This document shows positions 37,196 to 48,600 of a stretch of 64,000 nt of DNA, piece by piece. The DNA lies in contig JAUCBJ010003383.1 in the NCBI GenBank assembly GCA_032718475.1, positions 133,464 to 197,463 of the forward strand, in the 5' to 3' direction. Made by a program: the position numbers and the translations under genes. Position 1 is the first letter of the stretch; each line of letters opens with the position of its first letter. The notes under the pieces were generated by a model. It saw only the letters and a program-made list of their open reading frames with translations. It did not search any database and was not told the DNA's origin. The DNA comes from Nemertoderma westbladi (taxonomy: Eukaryota > Animalia > Xenacoelomorpha).

Positions 37196-38619
37196 AGGAG
37201 CTTCTCGCAGCAAATCAAATCGAAAAAGAAATCGGTTTACATTATCATTGGATCACTCAATCACCTGCCACTGTTATCTCTGGAAACAGGGCTATAAATA
37301 TTTCATAGCACTCATTGTTTCCTACTAGCCCTCCAGCTCTACCTCGTAGATGAAAAACCCTGCGGTTTTCGACTGTGAAGTCCTCGCGAGCTGCCGAGTC
37401 TTCCGAGCCAAGCGCGAATCGAACTCTATCGAGGATCAGTTCACCTCGGGACCTGCCTTCAGCTCCTCGACGTAGAAGCGGCCCGGCCAAAATAATAGAC
37501 ACCTCGTAACGCGCGCTACGGCACACGGTTTCCATCCAAAAATGTCTACCAATACAAATAAATAAAATAATAACAATTAACAAATAACAAATAAACAAAC
37601 AACAAATAACAAATAATATTGTAAATGGTTTTATATAACGTAGTTCACTAGTGATAGTAAACTCAGTCGCGCAACATATCAGAGAGTATAGTGTGTGTCG
37701 TCAAAAGGCAGATGGAGACAGTTAATATTATTTCACTGAAAAGTATAGCCTATATGCGATCCACCAATTACACCATTATGACTTAAGACACCTATTGGAC
37801 ACCATGATATGAAATCTTTTATTAATTTCCCTGTTTACACTGATAACTGTAACCTGTTAATTACAGTATACTAAAATATAACAACTGAGTTAAACTTCAA
37901 CACTCAAAAATATAAAATAAACTATAGAATAAAATGTTATTCCCCATTAATGATATCATTTATAATAGTGGGCTACCTACAGACCTAAAAAAATATCACT
38001 TTTTGCCCACGGGAAAATATCAGTGATATTCCCGCGTTGCTATGCAACTGCCTATTATCCTAGGCCTACTGTAGCTCTATTAGCAAATCAGATTGTCAGA
38101 ACCTACCGGTACCACAACCCATTTTTGTATCATTATCCATTGTCTGAAATTGAAAGAACCAGACCGGTAGGCCTACGGTACCTAGTCTGTAGCCAGGCAG
38201 TATTGGGCTGACCAAGCTGCTTGGCATGGTATAGGCTTAGTACTGGTACGGATTCCAGGACCGGTACCTGTGTGCGGTTTTGTTTTTTCATCACTTAATT
38301 GCTGTCCAACTGCCTGAGGGATAAAGCTGCGAAGCTTTGAAGCTGTGGACTGGTAGCGAATAGCGATACAAGTCTGTACAGCAGGCTAGGTAGACCGTAC
38401 TGTACATATTTCGTGCCCTGTTCTGTCTTTATGTTTAATACGTAAGTTGGACGCGCAGTATGGAAATGAATATTGATTTTTTATTTGAATAATAATAAAA
38501 AACTGGCTTTAAATAAAACTTGTTTTTTTAACTACAGTAAACTATTGATTATGGTAATGTAACACGGAAACAGTCTTTATATATAGGCCTAACGGATATT
38601 TATGCGAAACCGGAATGCA

Positions 38620-38720
38620 AATTTCCCTGGTCACATTCCCGGACTCGAACCCACGTCATCTGGAGTCGGAGACCCGAGTTCAAGGCTCCGCTATAATTAA
38701 ACGGTTAAACCACTACACAA
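38620..38720 (-). mobile_element. tRNA-derived SINE head
   Basis: The minus strand has GTGTAGTGGT (A box) and GGTTCGAGTCC (B box); no proper cloverleaf is evident. Confidence 0.55.
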
Positions 38721-38945
38721 TTTATTCCCTTGATATTAATATGTTTACTATAAATGGTCCCGCATGCACCATTATGAACTTATACAGTATTTAGTTATGC
38801 ATTATTTAATCATTCTGAATGCACAAATACAATTTAATGATTTAATATATATTGATATATATTTAATCCCCCCAAAATACCAAGCCCCATTTACTTCACT
38901 TTTAGAAAACCCTTTTAGAATTGTTAATAATGTGGAATAACACAT

Positions 38946-39076
38946 TTATTGCCCGGTTATCAAGTTATTTTCCCTAATATTTTACCCTCGGGCAGGAAAC
39001 CCTCGGGCTGCGCCCTCGGGTTATTCCTGCCCTCGGGTAAAATATACGGGAAAATAACTTGATAACCGTGCAATAA
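38946..39076. mobile_element. 131-bp palindromic (hairpin) MITE
   Basis: TTATTGCCCGGTTATCAAGTTATTTTCCC...GGGAAAATAACTTGATAACCGTGCAATAA, with central CCCTCGGG repeats. Confidence 0.85.
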
Positions 39077-39381
39077 GTATTGTTATTCCCCATTTATGAG
39101 CGGGTTAGATATCATTTCTAATAGTGGCCTACCTACAAAGTAACACTTTGCCCACAGGAAAATATCAGTGATATTCCCGCGTTGCTATGCAACTGCCTAT
39201 TATCCTAGGCCTAGCTCTATTAGCAAATCAGATTGTCAGAACCTACCGGTACCACAACACGTTTTTGTATCATTATCCATTGTCTGAAATTGAAAGTACC
39301 AGACCGGTACGGTACGGTACCCAGCCTGTAGCCATGCAGTAGTGGGCTGACCAAGCTGCTTGGCATGGTATTGGCTTAATA

Positions 39382-39556
39382 CCGGTGTAACAGCGGATTC
39401 AGTCCCCCGAAGAATCGGTCCCCCCGGACCGGATCTGCTAGCGGATTTAGTCCCCCCGGACCCAATCCGCTAGCAGATTTGGTCTCCCTAGGACCAAATC
39501 TGCTAGCGGCTTGGGTCCTCGTTCGCGGATTTCCCCCCCCCCCCCCCCCCCCCCCC
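39382..39556 (+). mobile_element. Left end of a Mutator-like MITE
   Basis: CCGGTGTAACAGCGGATTCAGTCC followed by repeated GGACC..ATC(C/T)GCTAGC(G/A)GATTT.GTC palindromic units. The right end was not found. Confidence 0.55.
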
Positions 39557-39589
39557 AATGTTATTGCAATAATTTCAAAATACACTGCC

Positions 39590-42500
39590 AGACTGCTCCG
39601 TTCCCTTCCTTATTCAGTCAGGTCAGGTCAGTCTTGCTCAGGTCAGGTATTCTAGGTCACTGATCAAGAAAACTTGCCACCTCCATGCAGCATAAAGGAG
39701 GTGCCCCCTGTAGCTGCATAGACCCTCTTACTAGGGCAAATCTGGTCCTGTAACTAGGACCCCCTTCGTTCTGGGATAAGGACGCCCTTGGTCCTGGATT
39801 AAGGACCCATATACTTGGCGGCAGGGGTATAAGGCCTGGCCAGGCAGATGTGATCTACCAATGGCTGGTCAGGAGTAGAGTGTTCTCATGTCCACTCTGA
39901 GTGCACTTCACTGCGACCTGCACCTGGCAGCAGGGGTACAGGGCATGACCCAGCAGATGAGCTGCACAGCCAATGGTGGGTCATGTGCGCCAGAGTAGAT
40001 ATGGGTGATGGGCCTCATATCTGACTCCACTGCGACACCCACCCTGTGGAATGGCAAACCAGGGTATGGTATTTGCCCCGAGAGCTGACTCAGCAAAAAA
40101 GCACCCCACAACCCCTACTATGGATTACATTAGTAATGTGGAGGTCCAGCCACTAGAGGCCAGTGGAATGACTGGACACAATCGGCCTCACAGGCGTCAG
40201 TTATCTCCTGACCGGCTGCCTGTCTCACCCCCTACTGGAGAGAGAGCGGCAAACAATTCTTTGAGTCCCTTTCCTGATGACCTTTCTGGCCCAAACCCTT
40301 TGTCACCAGGGAGACCAGATTGTGAGGGGGAGAGGGATTCTGGAGTTGGAGGCTACTCTCATGTTCCACCCCGACCAACAAAGCCATTGGTGAATCTGAG
40401 GCAAGTCACTAGACTAGCCTCAGTAAACACCCTAACACTCGGGTCTCCAATGCGACAAGGTGAGCTGACTGCCTTGGCAGATAAGCTTTCTCTTAGTGCA
40501 GTCGGTGTTCTAGAGCACCGAATGCAGACTGGACAGACTGATGATGTTCTGATTAAGGACATGGGGGCGGTTGGCGACTCGCCCTCGCTTCAGCAGATGA
40601 TAGTGGCAATGGTGGAATTGGTCTATTGATGAATCCAACTGCACATGCAGCATTGGACGAAATAGACCAAATCTCTAACCGCATCATCCATTGCCACTTC
40701 TCATGTTCTGGAAGACTGGCTAAGAAGTTTCCTAAGGTGGTTCTGACTGTGTGCTACTCTCCAACTAGTGTTGCCCCTGTAGATGAGGTGGAAAATTTCT
40801 ACCAGAATCTACAAGCAGCTACTGATGGAGTGGATCAGCAAGCATTCTTAACATTGCTGGGTGACTTTAATGCAAGTCTGCATCAATCACCTACATCGCC
40901 CTGGGACTATAGCAATAGTGTTAACCGAAATTCCTCCATCTTCAGGATTTTATCTCTGGAAATGGATTGTTTTCGGCTGGAACCCAGTTCAAGAAGCGAA
41001 CTGCAAAGCTATTGACTCATAGTGGACCCAGTGGTCACAAGTCCCAGATAGACCATATCCTGTTTCGTAGGAAATACAGGAGCTCTATACAAGACTGTAA
41101 TGAATTTACACTACGACCCTTCTCCAGTGATCACTGCCTTATTGTGGCCAAGGTAAGACTTAGTCTGCGTGCTAGCAGAACAGCGAAATCTGCCTTGCCG
41201 CGGCATGTCTGATCCTCTCTGTTGCAACAGCCAAGTGTGAGATCCAGCTTCACACTACAGCTGAGCAACAGGTATGAGGTTCTTGCCTCTGAGGCGGCAG
41301 ATCACTGTGAGGGCTATACTGCCTTCACAGAGGCAGTTAAGTTAGCAGCAGCAGAAAGAGTTCCTGTATACCCTCGAAAGAGGAAACGGGCCCCCTTGAC
41401 TGACAACAAAATTCAGAAGTGCCGAAATGACCTCTACAAGGCACAGAAAGAGTCCCGACTCAAACAGACTACAGCGGCCAAGAATGCAGTTAAGGCTGCA
41501 TCTATGTCCCTGAACAGGCAGTACTCTGTTAATTTACAGGAGCTAATAATCCAACAGGTTGATGCCATCAATGATGTTGACGACAGCAGGCAATCATCCC
41601 AGGCATGGAAATAGATCAACTTGCTTACTGGGCGGAAAAGCCAACCAACCACCAAGGTTAAGGCTGAATCACCAGCCGATCGCCTCAATGGTTGGAAGGC
41701 CCACTTTGAAAAGCTCCTCAATAATGACAGGGTATTGACTGATAACTTTATAGAAGTAAAAGTGTCTGAGTCTGTACTCCCAGATATTCCCATTGGTGAT
41801 ATCTCCTTTGCAGAAGTGAAGGCTGCTGCAAAGAGCATTGAGACCAATTGTGCCAGTGGAGTAGATGGTGTTCCCCCTGAGGTCTTTAAAATACCTGAGT
41901 GTTTAAACCTCATCTATCCCATTACAGTAGACACGTACCGAACAACAAGAGTTCCACAAGAAATGAAAACAAATAAGTTGGTGCTAGTTCCCAAGAAGGG
42001 CAACCTAACACTCTATGGTTCTTTTAGGGGAATCTCATTGATCTCGATTGCTGCAAAGCTATACAATAGAATTCTATTAAATCGCATCAGGGATCCCATT
42101 GAGAGACTGCTCCGTGGAAATCAGAATGGGTTCCGTAAAGGTCATGGGACCATGGAGCCCATTTTGGCACTTAGAAGGATAATTGAAGAGTTATCAAAAA
42201 GAAAGGCAGGCATCTGGCTGTTATCTTTGTTGACTTCTTCAAGGCCTTTGACTCAGTCTCTCGCTCACGTATGTTCACGTATGACTTCTGTTACCTGGGA
42301 TCATGGATCCGGAAGTCAGGTGAGGACCTTCGTATATGTAAGGGAAAGGCATGGGCAGCCTTGAATAGGCTTTCCAGGATTTGGAAGTCACCGAGAATTA
42401 ATTGGAAACTTAAGGTCCGATTATTGAGAACAGCAGTAGTTCCAGTACTCCTCTATATGAGTCCATGCTGGGCTCTAACTGCTGAGGACACCAAATCTCT

Positions 42501-42917
42501 GGATGGCACATTCACAAGAATGCTACGCCGGGTTCATTGTGTCAAGTACAATGCACACATCTCCAACCAGACACTATAATAACATTGGAGGTGTCTCATT
42601 GGTTCCCCTAAGCTTGACACTAGAACAAAGTCGCCTCCGCGTTGCAGGACACTGCTTCCGTTTTGAGGACCAGCCAGTGCATAATCTTGTGCTTTGGCAG
42701 CCTCATGGAGTGAATAAGCATGGTGAACAGCCCATGACTTTCTTGATACGCATCTTAAAGGACACTGGCCTTGAAGATGCGGATGATCTAGCAAATGTCA
42801 TGGGTCGGAGGGTAGGGAGTTGTGGCGGCGCAATTTTGTCGACAAACCGGCACAGATTTTTTAAAAATGCACCTGCAATGCAGCATGCCGAGCCGATCCT
42901 AGTAGTAGTAGTAGTAG
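39590..42917 (+). pseudogene. Near full-length degenerate RTE-clade LINE with an internal RT deletion
   Basis: 5' UTR with (GTCAG)n. APE motifs CYSPT, LGDFNA, QIDHIL and SDH. RT start FRGISL, NQNGFRKG and DFFKAFDSV then jump straight to DFCYLGSWI. (AGT)n tail at 42900-42917. Many frameshifts. Confidence 0.9.
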
Positions 42918-42919
42918 GC

Positions 42920-43400
42920 CGTAACTCGTGTTGTACGTGTTGTATGAGCTGGAAGGGATTATAATGTCATTATTGAAGTCTCCTGTAACAAGGATTTCAG
43001 TGTTTGCTGATGTCTGTGGTATGGTACTGGTTCATGAATCCTACTATAAGCGAATTACCCATTGGTTTCAACTTTATCTCTACCCATACATTTTCTGTTA
43101 CTGACATTTGAAGGTTATTTATTTTGTTACAGCAAGCTATGTCATCCCTTACAAATAGGGCTACACCCCCAATTGCTGTTTAATTTACTCTATGATGAGT
43201 AAATGGTGTATGATGGCCTGGGATGTTGTAAGGAATTAATTAGACTGTCCTCTTTGGAAAATGCTTCGATAAATGCTACTAGGTGAATTTGATGTGCCAG
43301 CATTTCGAGAAAAGTTGTGACTTCATCAATACTTTTTTAGACTCCTGCAATTTAGATGTATTATGGAAAGAAAATCGAGGCATGATTCATTATATATAGG
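42920..43400 (-). pseudogene. APE endonuclease fragment of a CR1/L2-like LINE
   Basis: Minus-strand translation gives IIHLNCRSL, IGGVALFVRDDI and ILVTGDFN, with frameshifts. Confidence 0.72.
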
Positions 43401-45143
43401 TCGTTAACTAACATTATAGTTTTCACATAAGAAATTATAAATTAGATTGGTATCTGGTTCTATATCAGTAAACATATTGTTAACATCATTTGGGAGGGAA
43501 ATAATATAGGTTCAGAATCAGGCGTAGGCTGTTCAGATATAGCGGCAGCTATGTGGTTAATATGGTTGTATATGGTTATATACAATTAAATACATACAAT
43601 TTGCATATGGTTATATATGGTTGTATGAACATTTGAGCCGTCGGACGGCATACTTATACTACGCGCGAGACACCCGTCGCATGTGAAAAAGCTGACTATT
43701 TTGTGAAGCATTTGGACACCCATTTAAAGCTGCCAAATGTGTAATTGAGTAGAGGCCTGACAATACCTACAATAAATTTCGCCTGAGGGGCTTATTAAGC
43801 ACACTGAACATGATAATTACAATGACATACTGTACAAAGGAAAGTGGTGCCCTTTTGTAAAAAAAAATAGCTAAAGCAAAAGTTACTGATAACTTAGTTG
43901 ACATAAAAGACTAATAATTGTGGATTAAATGACGTAAAATACGAGTAGAACCTGTAAACTGCGTATAGGGTTACGTGACAATAATATAATAACAAAACAA
44001 CAGTGTACTGGCTCACATATATAACAGAATAACCTAAAACATAAATAAAAACTTGGATGTTCTTACAGCACATGTAATAAAATTTAAGAAATTCATTGAA
44101 ATATTTCTCATTTTATTATTTTACTTTTTCGCCAGGAGTAAAATCAATGCAATATTATTATTATTGTTATTATTAACATACACGAGCCGAGGCTCGGTAC
44201 AGCGTACTTACAATAACAAAAGAAAAACACACAAAAAAAGAAGAAGCACAATAATGGACATGGACACTAAAAAAGTTTTAAATTGAACACAAACAGAAGA
44301 AAGAAATATAGTAACGAAAGGAGTAACCAGTTCTAAGCACTTCACATCACGTAGTCGTATAAACAGTTTATTTCATCCGAACTGAATCGTATATGATTAT
44401 TTTCTACCTAGGGAGAAAAGTACACATTTTTCTCTCGATTTTGGGGTATATTCGTGCAAAAAGTATCAATTTACGAATAAGGGTAAACATGTTTAATATG
44501 CTTCCACAAAATACTAATGTGTATGATGTATGTATGGTGCTAAATAATTAAAAGCTTTAAATCATTTCATTGGACCATCACGTACTGTCTTTTCACTTGT
44601 TTCATAAAGTCAGCTGTCTCTTTAATTTATACATTTAAACTACTTAGAGTTAACTATTGTTATTGTTCCATCGGGAAATATTTTACTATTATTTTTCGAA
44701 TAAAATTTGTATTTCGAGATAGATTGATTTAAACCAATCGCTATACAAGATGTAATTTATGATTCTGCCATGGAAGTCTATATTACAATATAATCTTCGG
44801 TGACAAGTAGGATATTATTACATTTGATATGACAAGTTCAAGTTAAAGTTAAAGTGCAACATAGGCCTATCATATCTCACTATATAGTCTTTCAAGATAT
44901 GGATAGTCTATGATACGGCACCTCATAACTAATCAGATATTTTACTAATTCTTAAGCTAAATATTATGTTATCCGAGCATTGAACAAATTTCACAAAATC
45001 AAATGCTAGACAAATTGGTATTTCTTAAGAATTATGCAATATCATCTACGAAGAAATTAATATCACCAATTCACCAGTATGTAAATATTATTTCACACTC
45101 AGTAATCCACAGAAACTTCATCGCCCATTATGTTTGTTGGATT

Positions 45144-45602
45144 TCACAGCTCTCCTGTAACGCTAGAAACCCTATTTCGGATGGATGGAAGTAGAGCTAT
45201 CACTCTGGCTGGACCTCCGGATCCACTGATTTTTATCGGAAGTGCGATCACAAAAGATCCTGTAGCCGGAACTTTCGTAATCTCAGAGTTAAGATTTTCT
45301 AGAACGAGGATATCGGCTGTTTCTAGGATCACGTGACTCTGGAACGTTGTTGACTTACCATAGTCGATAGAAGCCGAATCGATACCTACCATGTTGATCT
45401 TTCGCTCTACCAGTAGTCTTGCTGCATCTTCGTGCAGACCCGGGAGTGCTAATTGGGATGGGTCAAAATCATCGCCAATTTTATTGGTTCCCAAGTACTT
45501 CAGTTTATCCATATAGAACCGGTGCCATCCAGTTTTAAGGAGTACCACACTCCCCTCAGGGATCTGACCGGAATCCGCCTCGAAATTCAGTATATCTTCA
45601 CT
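45144..45602 (-). CDS. Cyclase paralogue B exon 2
   Basis: SEDILNFEADSGQIPEGSVVLLKTGW...GIDSASIDYG...LENL...ALPIKISGSGGPARVIALLP...GEL*. Confidence 0.92.
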   Translation of the reverse strand, partial: SEDILNFEADSGQIPEGSVVLLKTGWHRFYMDKLKYLGTNKIGDDFDPSQLALPGLHEDAARLLVERKINMVGIDSASIDYGKSTTFQSHVILETADILVLENLNSEITKVPATGSFVIALPIKISGSGGPARVIALLPSIRNRVSSVTGEL

Positions 45603-48600
45603 CTGAAATTAAGTATCGTAAATTCCATATTACATGAGATTTATCAACAATAATGCAAGTTTATAAAGTAAATTGACTTACTTTTATATTTTTCAAGAGT
45701 TACTGATTTACTTTTATATATTTCAATTATACATTACAGACAGCCTCTGCAAGACTACACATCAATATGTGAAAGATGTTAAAATTTAAGTGAATAAAGA
45801 AGTGATTGAAGTCCCAGTGGGGTATCTCAGTCTTAATATGAATATTACGATAATAGCGAATGAAAAAAATGCCATAGTTATTAAAGTATTTAAATTCGAA
45901 CGTTTCGATTTAATCAATAAATCATCATCAGCGTAGGCTAACAGACAGTAAAAAAATATGTTTTTGGTTAGACTATCCTCTCCATTATTTTTTAGGACAC
46001 TAAACATACCATAAACAAAACACATGGCTTAACCCTATTACCACTGGGGTGTTTTGACCATTAGCAGCACTGGGGGGGGGGGGGGGGGGGGGGCGATTCG
46101 GCCCACCCACTATATTTTTGTAGTCGTCCAATGAAATCCTACAAAATTTGGGCTGTTGGTGAAACAACTATAGATGAACACTACCAAACCTTAAAAAGTT
46201 AAAATTTCATAAGCAGGGACTCATAATTTTGATGAAAAATAAAAGTAGTCCCAGGACAAAATTACAAAATTTTTCGTTTTCTAAAAACTAATAGTGTGGC
46301 AGTGTTGGCTAGATTTAGTAGGTTTTTCAAGACGCTGAATCGAATGTGATTATATTCCACTTCCAAAAATTGAAGTGGATGCTATTTTTCGTGCACATAA
46401 GAAGTGGGCGTGGCACTTCAAATTTTGAAAAATTAGATATTCAGAAAATGCCCCTAATTTTTTTATTTCAACGCATCTTTATGGGTTTTCTGGGCCGCTG
46501 AATCGATTGAAAGTAATAGAGAAGCCTGAAGACTGAGTGGTTAGCCATTTTTGGTGCACCAAAATTAGGGCGTGGCACTTCAAATTTTGAAAAATACGAG
46601 ATTCGGAAAATAAACCGAAATTCAAATTTTAACGAATTTATATAGGTTTTCCAGACCGCTGAATCGATTGAAAGTAATATAGAAAAGCCTGAAGGTTTAG
46701 AAGTTAGCCATTTTTTGAAATCAAAACTTTAGTGTTTTTTCCGAATAAAGTAATTTTGAAAATTTGAAGTGCCACGCCCTAATTTTGGTGCACCGAAAAT
46801 GGCGAACCACTAAGTCTTCAGGGTTCTATATTACTTTCAATCGATTCAGCGCTCCAGAAAACCTATAAAATTAATTTAAAATCAAAACTTTAGTGAATTT
46901 TTCGAATCTCGTATTTTTCAAAATTTGAAGTGCCACGCCCTAATTTTGGTGCACCAAAAATGGCGAACCACTAAGTCTTCAGGCTTCTATATTACTTTCA
47001 ATCGATTCAGCGCTCCAGAAAACCTATAAAAATGCTTTGCAAATCAAAACTTCAGTGTATTTTCCGAATCTCGTATTTTTCAAAATTTGAAGTGCCACAC
47101 CCTAATTTTAGTGCACCAAAAATGGCGAACCACTAAGTCTTCAGGCTTCTATACTACTTTTAATCGATTCAGCGCTCCAGAAAACCAATAAAAATGCTTC
47201 GAAATCAGAACTTTAGTAAATTTTCCGAATAAAGTAATTTTGAAATTTTAAAGTGCCACGCCCTAAATTTGGTGCTCCAAAAATGACGTACCACTACACT
47301 TACATACTTGTATAGAGCATTAGAGTGATCCAAACCATTGAAAATAAATAAAAATAGCCCAAACACAAATAATTACTAAATCACGAATGACTTTGTAAAA
47401 TTCGAAAATTTCAAAAAATTTGGTGCTGGAGACCAAATTTTGAGGTGGCACCCACATCGAAAAGTAGAAATCCAATTGCAACGGCGTTTTTTGCAAAAGA
47501 TGCGGCATTAAATTTGACTAATTCTCACAAAAAATTGGGCCGGTACGTAATGTGGGTGCATAGTTACAGCAACTAAAAACTAGGAAGGGGCCGATTCGGC
47601 CCCCCCCCCCCCCCAGTGGTAATAGGGTTAAGGTATTCGCGACAATTTGCGTCTTTAAATCCCATACCACATCTCAACAACTCCATCGGGAATTTCCCGA
47701 TTCATATACATTATCAAGACGACTTACATACCGTGTTTCTTCAGTATTAATGGACAGCTAATACCCGAAATTCAGACAATCGAGTTCCTGGGCTACACTC
47801 TTTCATCCAACAAAACCAGCGCACACGCCGCCGCAGAGTGCACTCAGCACATATGGAAATTGGGAGGAATTTTTCAGCAGAAGAGGTGGACATCGCAAGG
47901 GTTATATACCGAAGTCACTTGTTATCCCAAGCTTGACATACAAGCTAAATACACGATCTGTAGCCTGAGCAAGAGTGACATATCTCGTATTGATTCAGCC
48001 TATAGACAGGCTCTACGCCGACTTCTGCACGTTGGAGTCTATATGAACAACGACACATTATACGAGCTCCTGAACATGTTGCGTCTTAGCACCATGGCCT
48101 ATCGTAGGGCCGTTTCAACATCATTGCAAATACTTAGATGCCCTATATTCACCTTACAAACTAGCTTCCGATATATCGCTTTGGATAACGCAATAGCCTG
48201 CTCGTTATACACGGGCCTTATGAGCACCTACAGACGAGCAAAGGAAACGTACCAAATCCCTTCTATGTGGTCAATACTAACATGTGAATATGACAAACGT
48301 GCACTCATGACAGGATTCAAAACTGGCAATAACTCACTTAAAGACATAATTTGTGCTAATTTCGTAAAGAATTGCTATGATCTGCATGGAGTAACATTTA
48401 AAACTAAACATAATAGAATACTACAATTTTACGGATTTTAAGTTTGTTCCTTTACTGCATACTCTCAATTGGTGTTAATTCGAACCGTACACAAACTTAT
48501 ACTGTCGCAATAACTATTTGTATTAATGTTTATTATAACATGTCGTCCCTATGCTAACGGTACCCTACATTGATTGTATAATTATTGATGCAATTTTAAT

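Larger units (their letters stand above)
37935..39378. repeat. Direct repeat pair of about 300 bp (37935-38239 and 39081-39378)
   Basis: Both copies share tgttattccccatt...ggaaaatatcagtgatattcccgcgttgctatgcaactgcc...gaccaagctgcttggcatggta. Confidence 0.88.

Noticed and set aside
32853-37218. Numerous His/Thr/Pro-rich ORFs
   Set aside because: They come from a repeat strand nearly free of stops in all three frames, and they switch strand exactly at the inversion.
37257-37598. 113-aa minus ORF with a hydrophobic start
   Set aside because: The hydrophobic part comes from an (ACAAATA)n-like simple repeat, and there is no recognisable domain.
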